Part shown: in pieces, positions 10,035-17,176 of the stretch
How positions within the stretch are numbered: position 1 is the stretch's first letter
How the letters are laid out: every line of letters begins with the position of its first letter
Origin: an uncultured archaeon
GTDB lineage: Archaea > Iainarchaeota > Iainarchaeia > Iainarchaeales > CSSED10-239
NCBI GenBank assembly: GCA_964463155.1
Contig: CAYXAY010000007.1
Span: 6,237-27,496 of the forward strand
Direction of reading: 5' to 3'
Length of the DNA stretch: 21,260 nt
Position numbers and translations under genes: made by a program
The notes under the pieces: model-generated
The model's database searches: none
Told to the model about the DNA's origin: nothing
What the model saw: the letters and a program-made list of their open reading frames with translations, nothing else

Positions 10035-10601
10035 ATGAATTGGACAAGATTCAATCAGGAAGTAAGAAACGCAATAGATACAGGAAACATAATTATAGGA
10101 GCAAATCAGGCAAAAAAGGAATGTCTAATAGGAGAACCTAAACTATTAATTGTAAGTTCAACAGTTGACCCTCAAAACAGGGATTTGTTTAGACATTATG
10201 CAAAATTGCTTGGAATAAACCTAATAGAATATCCAGAAGGCAGTAATGAACTTGGCTCTGTTTGTGGGAAACCGTTTGGAATATCAATTATTGCAATTAT
10301 TAATGAGGGAAAATCTTCCATCTTAGAAGTAATTACTGAAAAAGATTTTGAGAAAAAAGAAGATAAAAAATTAATTGCAAAAAAAGCTAAAAAAGAAGAA
10401 AAGAAAACAGCTAAGACTACAAAGAAAACAAAGAAAGATGCTGATGAAGACTTTTCGGAAGACGAATTAACTTCAAAGAAGAAAAGAGACGCAAAAAAAG
10501 GTCCGAAAGTAAAAGAAGAGAAAAAAGAAGAAGAGGAAAATAATATTCCAATAACTGAAGATAAGATGTTTAAGGACATTATCAAGATAAAGAAAAAATA
10601 A
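10035..10601 (+). CDS. rpl30e: Ribosomal protein L30e with a ~90-aa Lys/Glu-rich C-terminal extension
   Basis: The first ~100 aa fit archaeal L30e (AIDTGNIIIGANQAKK...LGSVCGKPFGISIIAIINEGKSSILEV), and the position after rpoA2 is canonical. The remainder is a K/E/D low-complexity tail. Confidence 0.8.
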   Translation: MNWTRFNQEVRNAIDTGNIIIGANQAKKECLIGEPKLLIVSSTVDPQNRDLFRHYAKLLGINLIEYPEGSNELGSVCGKPFGISIIAIINEGKSSILEVITEKDFEKKEDKKLIAKKAKKEEKKTAKTTKKTKKDADEDFSEDELTSKKKRDAKKGPKVKEEKKEEEENNIPITEDKMFKDIIKIKKK

Positions 10602-10622
10602 ATTTAATTAAGGTGAAAAATA

Positions 10623-11048
10623 ATGGCAAATGGAGAATTTTCAGCAAGAAAATTAATAAAGGACAGAAAGAAATGGACAAAGAAAGACCCAAGAAACAAA
10701 AGAAAACTAAAGGTTGACAAGAAAGCAGGACTTATGAGGGGGGCACCTCAAGCAAGAGGAATTGTTCTTGATAAGAAAGGAATTACTGCAAGACAGCCAA
10801 ACTCTGGTATTAGAAAATGTGTAAGAGTTCAGTTGATTAAGAATGGTAAAGAACTTACTGCGTTTGCTCCAAAAGACAAAGCAATCAAGTTTATTGATGC
10901 ACACGACCAAGTTACTGTTGAAGGTATTGGTGGAAGAAAAGGCGGACCTATTGGTGATCTTTGGGGTGTGAGATATAAGGTTGTTAAGGTTAACGGTCAA
11001 TCACTTGAAATGTTAAGAAAAGGTAAAAAAGAAAAGACAAAGAGATAA
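10623..11048 (+). CDS. rps12: Ribosomal protein S12 (uS12)
   Basis: [26 protein letters not shown]...[22 protein letters not shown] Shine-Dalgarno upstream. Confidence 0.95.
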   Translation: MANGEFSARKLIKDRKKWTKKDPRNKRKLKVDKKAGLMRGAPQARGIVLDKKGITARQPNSGIRKCVRVQLIKNGKELTAFAPKDKAIKFIDAHDQVTVEGIGGRKGGPIGDLWGVRYKVVKVNGQSLEMLRKGKKEKTKR

Positions 11049-11066
11049 ATTTAAAAGGGATAAAAA

Positions 11067-11666
11067 ATGAAATTATTTGACAAATGGGAAACAAAAGGAA
11101 TAAACTTCAAAGATGTTGGTCTTTCTAAATACCTGAATTTAGAAGACAAGGTCATACCACACACATTTGGTGCAACAAACAAAGAACCTTCCAGAAAAAC
11201 GAAAATCAATATTGTTGAAAGACTGGTAAACAAGATGATGAGATCAGGACAAGGAAAGAAAAAGCTTTCAGGTAAATATGTAAGACACAGAATGGGTTGT
11301 GGAAAGAAAGAACAGATGTTAAAAGTTGTTGAAGAGGCATTTAATCACATACATAAAGTAACAAAGGAAAACCCAGTTCAAGTTCTTGTCACAGCTGTTG
11401 AATACTCAGCACCTAGAGAAGACATTACTAAGCTTCAGAAAGGAGATATCACTTACACGCAATCAGTTGACTTAGCTCCAATCAAGAGACTTGACGAAGC
11501 ACTAAAGAATATTGCTCTTGCGGCCTTTAAAAACACATACAAGAACAAAAAAGAACCAGCAGCAGCATTAGCAGAAGAAATAATAGATGCTTCAAAAAAC
11601 GACCAAAAAAGCTTTTCTGTAAAAAGAAAAGACGAAATAGAAAGAATTGCACAAGGTTCAAGATAA
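11067..11666 (+). CDS. rps7: Ribosomal protein S7 (uS7)
   Basis: Archaeal-length S7 (199 aa) with the C-terminal KRKDEIERIAQGSR-type ending, immediately after S12. Confidence 0.9.
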   Translation: MKLFDKWETKGINFKDVGLSKYLNLEDKVIPHTFGATNKEPSRKTKINIVERLVNKMMRSGQGKKKLSGKYVRHRMGCGKKEQMLKVVEEAFNHIHKVTKENPVQVLVTAVEYSAPREDITKLQKGDITYTQSVDLAPIKRLDEALKNIALAAFKNTYKNKKEPAAALAEEIIDASKNDQKSFSVKRKDEIERIAQGSR

Positions 11667-11692
11667 ATTAAAAAGGAACCTTCTTCATTCTT

Positions 11693-12598
11693 TCAATTTT
11701 TTTTATAAAAATATTCTTTAATCTGTATTTTACAATTATCTAAATGGCCTAATAAAATCTTCTTTAAAATAAATATTATAAAATTGATGTATACCCTGGC
11801 ATTTTTTTTTAATTTGCACAAATCACATAGCGGTAAATATTTCCTATATTCTAGCCCTCTCGATAATCTCTTATTGTGTGATAAATATAATTCCCAAGTA
11901 AAATTACTTGGGTGTGGGTAATTGCATATACAAAGTGGAACATTTTCTAAAAAAACTTTTTTTATATTTAATTTTTTTATTTTAGCCAAGTAATGTTTTG
12001 TTATAGGGAGTGATACAATTTCTTTTTTACAATAATCTTTTTTAAAATTATAGAAACGAGGGTATGAAATTCTAATTTTATTTAAATATGGAAAGGTAGT
12101 ATTTAGCCAAATAATCATTTCACTTAACGTTTTATAATTGTGTTTTGTGATCACCGTGTTTGTACTAACTTTTATGTGCTTCTTAAACTGTTGGAATATA
12201 GATAACGCATTAAGTGCCACATAAAAACTATTTTTATTTTGTGAAATTTTTGAAAAGGTGGTGCGATTATGTGAATGAAAAGATATTTTAAATTCAGTTA
12301 TGCCTGCTGCAATTAATTGAGACACATACTCTTTAGTAAAGTTTGTTCCATTTGTCTCAATCAATATATTTTTATAGTAATGTTTAGCATATTTAACTAT
12401 TTTTAATAAATCTTCGTGTAAGGCGGGTTCCCCACCAGTAATAGTGATACGCGAAAAATTATTATTTAATGTCCTGTCTATATCTTTATATATTTCTTTT
12501 AAGGTGGGTTCGGGATTATAATGTTTGTTTACCGAACAAAAAATACAATTATTCAAACATTTTCCAGTAATGTGTATTTCTACTTCTTTCATCAACAA
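11693..12598 (-). CDS. Radical SAM enzyme (MoaA/PqqE-like core), possible C-terminal auxiliary Cys motifs
   Basis: CxxxCxxC at the N-terminus (GKCLNNCIFC), a GGEP motif (ITITGGEPAL) and ETNGT. C-terminal Cys pairs are PLCIC and PLCDLC. The gene is very AT-rich, convergent on rps7 and divergent from the 12733+ operon. Confidence 0.8.
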   Translation of the reverse strand: MLMKEVEIHITGKCLNNCIFCSVNKHYNPEPTLKEIYKDIDRTLNNNFSRITITGGEPALHEDLLKIVKYAKHYYKNILIETNGTNFTKEYVSQLIAAGITEFKISFHSHNRTTFSKISQNKNSFYVALNALSIFQQFKKHIKVSTNTVITKHNYKTLSEMIIWLNTTFPYLNKIRISYPRFYNFKKDYCKKEIVSLPITKHYLAKIKKLNIKKVFLENVPLCICNYPHPSNFTWELYLSHNKRLSRGLEYRKYLPLCDLCKLKKNARVYINFIIFILKKILLGHLDNCKIQIKEYFYKKN

Positions 12599-12721
12599 TC
12601 ATCAATAATAATATTTGTTAATATTATTGTATTAAATAATATTAAAAAACCGATAGGTTATTAATATTATATTAAATAGATAGCGTGAATTTTTTATTGT
12701 AAAAAATAATCAACTGATGTC

Positions 12722-12729
12722 TTTATAAA
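12722..12729 (+). promoter_or_regulatory. TATA-box-like element (TTTATAAA) for the + strand island operon
   Basis: It lies in the divergent intergenic region. A transcription start about 25 nt downstream would favour the internal ATG at 12769 as the start of the small ORF. AT-rich context makes this weak. Confidence 0.3.
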
Positions 12730-12732
12730 TTA

Positions 12733-12909
12733 ATGGGAGCCAAAGCATTATTATATGGCGGTTTTATTATGGGTGATAATATCAATTTAAATCAAAATAA
12801 ACTTCAAAATCTAGAAAAAGAAAAGCAATTTTCAATACACAGATTACCAATTACTGCTAGAGAAAAGAAAGGCATTTTTGAAGCGTGGGCAGAATCTAGT
12901 GATTTATAG
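12733..12909 (+). CDS. Candidate precursor peptide / small ORF (58 aa; alternative in-frame start 12769 gives 46 aa)
   Basis: Hand-translated and below the ORF-track size cutoff: MGAKALLYGGFIMGDNINLNQNKLQNLEKEKQFSIHRLPITAREKKGIFEAWAESSDL. It ends 7 nt before the PqqD-like gene, in the precursor position of pqqA/mftA-type clusters. It has no Cys and no family match that I can assert. Confidence 0.3.
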   Translation: MGAKALLYGGFIMGDNINLNQNKLQNLEKEKQFSIHRLPITAREKKGIFEAWAESSDL

Positions 12910-12916
12910 ATTGCTT

Positions 12917-13165
12917 ATGAAAAAGATAATAGTTAAAAATAAAGAATTTTGGTATCGACAAGAAGAAGATTTATTTATTTTATTTGAAAAATCTAATTAT
13001 TATTATTTAGTTACTGGGCTAATTATATTTATTTTAGAAGAATTATCTCAAAATAGGGATTTAAATACAATTACTGCAGAAATTAAAAAAAAATATGATA
13101 TTGATGTGTCTATTGAATTTTTATTGCAAAAATTAAGCGAAATTGAAGGTTTAACAATATGTTAA
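12917..13165 (+). CDS. PqqD-like RiPP recognition element (RRE) protein, 82 aa (ATG start preferred over track TTG 12878)
   Basis: Size and pattern resemble PqqD/MftB: a short beta-strand region (WYRQEEDLFILFEKSNYYYLV) followed by helices (IIFILEELSQNRDLNTITAEIKKKYDIDVSIEFLLQKLSEIEGL). Its stop overlaps the start of the downstream rSAM/SPASM gene (ATGTTAA). Confidence 0.5.
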   Translation: MKKIIVKNKEFWYRQEEDLFILFEKSNYYYLVTGLIIFILEELSQNRDLNTITAEIKKKYDIDVSIEFLLQKLSEIEGLTIC

Positions 13166-14148
13166 AATATTTTAAAACTCCGCTGTTTCCGAGTATTGAT
13201 TTAAGTTCAAATTGTAATTTACAGTGTATTCATTGTAGAAACGACAAAACAAAAAACACTAAAATAGATTACAATAAGGTTATTGATTTAGTTGATGAAT
13301 GTGAACGATTAGAGGTTTTTCATCTATCTTTTGCAGGAGGAGAGCCGCTTTTATATCCTCAGATTTATGATTTGCTAGATTATGTCCAAAAATTAAATAT
13401 CCCCAAAATTACAATAGTTACAAATTGCACCATTTTAAATAGAGAGAAGTTAAAATCATTAGATAAATCAAAAATAAGATTTGCAGTAAGTTTAGATGGA
13501 CCAAGAGAAATACATAATAAAATAAGGGGGGCAAATATCTTTGATAATGTAATTAGTAACATCCAATTCTTATTATCTGAAGGATACTATGTTTTTTTAA
13601 GTTGTACTTTAATGAAACAAAATTATAAATATTTTGATGACATAATACAAATTGCTAAGGATATTAAAGTTAATCAAATAAATTTTTCAAAAGTTTTTCC
13701 AGTACATCCAGAGATATTATATTTTATGTTATCAAGGTTGGATTTAGAAGAATTATATAAGAAATACCAGAAATATTCCGATGAAAAAGATATTATAATT
13801 TTTTTAGATAAAGGGTATATGGGATTTCCTGAAGAATATAAAACAGATGTTTCTTTTGCTATGGGTTGTAGGGGCGGTATATCTCAAATAAACGTATTAT
13901 CAGATGGTTCTGTTGTGGGCTGTAAATTATTGTCTAATGTTATTGCAGGGAATATTTATAAAGAGAACTTGGAAAATATTTGGAAGAATGATAAAAATTG
14001 GACATTGTTTCGTAATATAGATGAAAATATAGAAAATAAAAAATGTAATTCTTGTAAATATTTTAGTGCTTGTCGCGGTGGTTGTAGAGCCTATACTTAT
14101 TATATTACTGACAGTTTCTATAAAAAAGATCCATTATGTCCGTTGTGA
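13159..14148 (+). CDS. Radical SAM / SPASM-domain peptide-modifying maturase
   Basis: N-terminal CNLQCIHC (CxxxCxxC) and AGGEPLL. The C-terminal SPASM signature is GCRGG...DGSVVGC followed by CNSCKYFSACRGGC (C-x2-C-x5-C-x3-C) and a terminal DPLCP. Confidence 0.85.
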   Translation: MLKYFKTPLFPSIDLSSNCNLQCIHCRNDKTKNTKIDYNKVIDLVDECERLEVFHLSFAGGEPLLYPQIYDLLDYVQKLNIPKITIVTNCTILNREKLKSLDKSKIRFAVSLDGPREIHNKIRGANIFDNVISNIQFLLSEGYYVFLSCTLMKQNYKYFDDIIQIAKDIKVNQINFSKVFPVHPEILYFMLSRLDLEELYKKYQKYSDEKDIIIFLDKGYMGFPEEYKTDVSFAMGCRGGISQINVLSDGSVVGCKLLSNVIAGNIYKENLENIWKNDKNWTLFRNIDENIENKKCNSCKYFSACRGGCRAYTYYITDSFYKKDPLCPL

Positions 14149-14152
14149 GAGC

Positions 14153-15805
14153 ATGTCTAAATATACTATAAGTGAAATAATAATTTTTTTCTTGAAATTA
14201 CAGAAAATAAAGTGTGTTTTTGGAGTGCCTGGTTCTAACATGGATTTTTTGAATTATATTTCAAAAAATAACAAAATAGAATTTATATCAAATAAAGAGG
14301 AAAAAAATTCAGTATATATGGCAATGGGATATTCTAAAGCATCTAATAATGTAGGTTGTTGTTTTGCTAGTTTAGGACCAGGAGTTTTTAATTTAATTCC
14401 AGGAATCATTTCAGCATATTATGAATCTACGCCTATATTAGTTATTGGGGGACAAAACTCTGCAATAAATTTTGGGCAAAATGTATTTCAAGAGGCCTCC
14501 GGAAAATCTAGAACTGTAAGTCAGATTGATCAGTTAAAAAAAATCACACTATATTCTGTAATAATTGATCCTAACAAAATTTATTTGCAATTATCTTTAA
14601 TCCATAAATATTTGCATTGTTCTAGACCAGGGCCGGTATATTTAGAATTTCCGCAAGATTTAATGAACTTAATTATAGATTTTAATGAAAATAAACTCCG
14701 AAATATTTTAATAAAACAAAATAAAATTACATCTAAACAAAATCACAAAATAAACCTGAAAACAATGAAATTATTGTGTAAAGAAATTTATTGTGCTAAA
14801 CACCCAGTATTTATAATTGGTGGAGGCGCAAAAAATGTTAAAAATTACATTAAGATTTCGGAACATTTTTCAATACCAATTGTAACAACATTTAAAGGAA
14901 AAGACAAAATTCCAAATAATTCAAAAAACTATTTGGGATGTATTGGTTTGATTGGGGCGCAGAGTACAAATAGGTACATATTTAATTCTGATTTGATAAT
15001 TGCAATAGGAACTAGTTTAGGACAATTTTCTACAGATAATTGGAAAATCATTTCTCCTCACAGTAAAATATATCGCATAGATATTTATACAACGGATTTA
15101 ACTAAAAATTATTTGTCCAATTTAATTCAATGTGATTTATTTTATTTTTCAGAGGTGTTTTCTAAAGAAATGCACCTATTTAAAAAGAACAAATTAGAAA
15201 TAAATATACGGAAAAACGAAATATTAAAAGTAAAATCCGAAATAGATAAAGAAATTAATCCTAAAAAAACAAATTCTAATAAAATAAAATTTATTAAACA
15301 ATTAAGGAAAAAACTGCCTAAAAATGCGATCGTTGTTAACGAAGATATTTTTTTAATTGGGAAATATTTCCCTTTTTTTGAAGAGAATACAAATCTCAAT
15401 TTCACTAATCTAGCGCCCATAGGGTGTGCTTTGTCTGGTGCCATAGGTGCAAAAATTGCAAAACCTAACAAAACAGTGGTCGTTGTGTTAGGCGATGGTG
15501 GATTTAATATGTCTATATCTGAATTAAATACTATTTTTAATTATAATATAGATTTGTGCATTTTTATACTTAATAATTGTTGTTATGGAGTAGTATATAA
15601 ATATCAAAAATATAAATTTCGGGAATCATTTTATACAGAATATAAGAACCCCGACTATAAGAAATTAGGAACATTGTACGGTTTCAAAACCCAAATTCTA
15701 AATAATGGAAAACTAAGAAATATTACTCAATTTAATAAAAGTGATAGGTTATTATTTAATATAATTATTGACAAGGATGAAAAGATGAATATAAAAATAT
15801 ATTAA
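14153..15805 (+). CDS. Thiamine-diphosphate-dependent enzyme, acetolactate-synthase-like three-domain architecture (550 aa from ATG 14153; track start 14066 overlaps the upstream gene)
   Basis: The N-terminal PYR domain reads FGVPGSNMDFLNY...KEEKNSVYMAMGYSK...GPGVFNLIPGIISAYYESTPILVIGGQ. The central domain reads PVFIIGGGA...IPIVTTFKGKD. The C-terminal ThDP motif is LGDGGFNMSISELNT...ILNN. It starts 4 nt after the SPASM stop. Confidence 0.8.
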   Translation: MSKYTISEIIIFFLKLQKIKCVFGVPGSNMDFLNYISKNNKIEFISNKEEKNSVYMAMGYSKASNNVGCCFASLGPGVFNLIPGIISAYYESTPILVIGGQNSAINFGQNVFQEASGKSRTVSQIDQLKKITLYSVIIDPNKIYLQLSLIHKYLHCSRPGPVYLEFPQDLMNLIIDFNENKLRNILIKQNKITSKQNHKINLKTMKLLCKEIYCAKHPVFIIGGGAKNVKNYIKISEHFSIPIVTTFKGKDKIPNNSKNYLGCIGLIGAQSTNRYIFNSDLIIAIGTSLGQFSTDNWKIISPHSKIYRIDIYTTDLTKNYLSNLIQCDLFYFSEVFSKEMHLFKKNKLEINIRKNEILKVKSEIDKEINPKKTNSNKIKFIKQLRKKLPKNAIVVNEDIFLIGKYFPFFEENTNLNFTNLAPIGCALSGAIGAKIAKPNKTVVVVLGDGGFNMSISELNTIFNYNIDLCIFILNNCCYGVVYKYQKYKFRESFYTEYKNPDYKKLGTLYGFKTQILNNGKLRNITQFNKSDRLLFNIIIDKDEKMNIKIY

Positions 15806-15816
15806 AAAGATTACTT

Positions 15817-16125
15817 ATGAAATATAAAATAGACTATATAGTTGAAGGCAACTTTTCAGGCCCTATAAAAATAATAGATTCTTCTTATGATTATAAATTA
15901 GTTTGTGAGGGAGATGTCTTATTAATTAAAAAACCAAATCCAGACATCGTTTTAAGTTTTGGAAAAATTACTGGTATAATATCTGAAGTAGGCGGGAAAT
16001 TATCTCATATCGCGATTGTTTCAAGAGAGAATAATATCCCTTGTGTCAGATTAGAAAATGCAACAAATATTTTAAAAAACGGAGTTGTAATTTCAGTTCG
16101 TGATGGTTTTATATATGTTAAATAA
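15817..16125 (+). CDS. Stand-alone PEP-utilizing-enzyme mobile (phosphohistidine swivel) domain protein, 102 aa
   Basis: GDVLLIKKPNPDIV...GIISEVGGKLSHIAIVSRENNIPCV...NGVVISVRDGFIYV matches the GG-x-(T/S)-SH-x-AI-x-(A/S)-R-E-x-x-IP swivel-domain signature with the catalytic His. Confidence 0.8.
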   Translation: MKYKIDYIVEGNFSGPIKIIDSSYDYKLVCEGDVLLIKKPNPDIVLSFGKITGIISEVGGKLSHIAIVSRENNIPCVRLENATNILKNGVVISVRDGFIYVK

Positions 16126-17122
16126 TGAATTATTTATAAAAATAGGCAAAGATCTGAGTAGAATTCAAAAAGGTGGAGGAATTGATACTCAATGGCCATT
16201 TGTATTGCCAGATTTTGAAATCTCATTTGGAGAAGATATAATAAACCATTTAAACTTTGTTTTATGTAAATTTTTAAACACACACACAATAGATGATGCG
16301 GCAAATTTATTGAAATGCCCTTCTAAAGTCTCGCAATATATTTTATTAATTCATAGCGCTAAACACCTAAATAAAAAAGATAGAAAAAAGTTAATTTTAA
16401 CATTAACCAGTATTTTAAAAAAATTAAGAAAAAATTATCTTTGTGAAAACGGGACTAATCAACTTAACAATTTTGATTATAAAAATTATTTAAATCACAC
16501 ACAATTTACAAAAGAAGATACCAAAAAAATTAATCAATTGTCTAGCACCCTTTATGCTTATTTAGAAAAATTATATCCCACGATGATGCGATTAGGATTT
16601 GAATATCATGGACCATATATTTATAACAATAAAAAATATATTTTTAAGGAATATTTTGATTTAAACAACAATTATATACCTAACTGTAAAATAGATTATA
16701 AAAATATTAAAATAGTTTATGAAATAGATAATGACGTGTATGTAGACTTTTTTGGACACATATATGGCGATGGCAAAACAAAAGTTGTAGGTTTATATAT
16801 AGATGGTAATAAAATAAGCGATATTACAGAGGTGTTTAATAAAATAAAAGACATTTATGAATATCAAAAGTCTTTATTTTTAAACTATAATTATAAAGAT
16901 TATGCAAAAAATTTAGTATTTGGCATATTTTTTTCTTTAAAACCCATCTGCGATAAAATCGGGGTAGATTGGAAACCTCGCAAAAATGTTATTGAAAAAA
17001 CTAAAAATTTTAAATTAATTTTTCCTTTAGAAAATGTATTAAATAAAATACATCAAACACCTACAGAAGATTTAGAAAGAAAAATCACAAAAAGCTTTTC
17101 TGAAATATTTGATGATAAATAA
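16115..17122 (+). CDS. Hypothetical protein (~335 aa), N/K/Y/I-rich, no recognisable motif
   Basis: Long open frame whose ATG at 16115 overlaps the upstream stop by 11 nt (the track gives a GTG at 16100). It lacks the PEP-utilizer C-terminal TIM-barrel signature (no G-[ST]-N-D-L). Confidence 0.6.
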   Translation: MLNNELFIKIGKDLSRIQKGGGIDTQWPFVLPDFEISFGEDIINHLNFVLCKFLNTHTIDDAANLLKCPSKVSQYILLIHSAKHLNKKDRKKLILTLTSILKKLRKNYLCENGTNQLNNFDYKNYLNHTQFTKEDTKKINQLSSTLYAYLEKLYPTMMRLGFEYHGPYIYNNKKYIFKEYFDLNNNYIPNCKIDYKNIKIVYEIDNDVYVDFFGHIYGDGKTKVVGLYIDGNKISDITEVFNKIKDIYEYQKSLFLNYNYKDYAKNLVFGIFFSLKPICDKIGVDWKPRKNVIEKTKNFKLIFPLENVLNKIHQTPTEDLERKITKSFSEIFDDK

Positions 17123-17176
17123 CAAAAATATGTATATTATATTCTATTTTTAAAGTTTCTTTTTCTATAATTATAT

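Noticed and set aside
10707-11233. Antisense ORFs 10707-11000 and 11051-11233 opposite rps12 and rps7
   Set aside because: Same reasoning: they overlap conserved ribosomal protein genes.
11685-11692. Short direct repeat CATTCTTT at the left island edge and again at 18133-18140, considered as att-like target duplication
   Set aside because: An 8-mer match in AT-rich DNA between two spacer regions is well within chance expectation. No integrase or longer repeat supports it.
12599-12732. AT-rich repeated motifs (AATAATATT, TTAATATTAT) as a possible CRISPR or repeat array
   Set aside because: There are only two or three short, low-complexity copies with no regular repeat-spacer periodicity. They are better explained as a divergent promoter or operator region and are mentioned under the second rSAM finding.
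12878-12916. TTG start for the PqqD-like ORF at 12878
   Set aside because: It would overlap the candidate peptide ORF by 32 nt. The in-frame ATG at 12917 gives a typical ~82-aa PqqD-size protein.
14066-14152. ORF-track start of the ThDP enzyme at 14066, overlapping the SPASM gene by 83 nt
   Set aside because: The 29 extra residues (MLVAVVVEPILIILL...) are the alternative frame of the SPASM C-terminus. The conserved ThDP N-domain begins right after the ATG at 14153, which sits 4 nt past the SPASM stop and has a GTGAGAG Shine-Dalgarno-like sequence.
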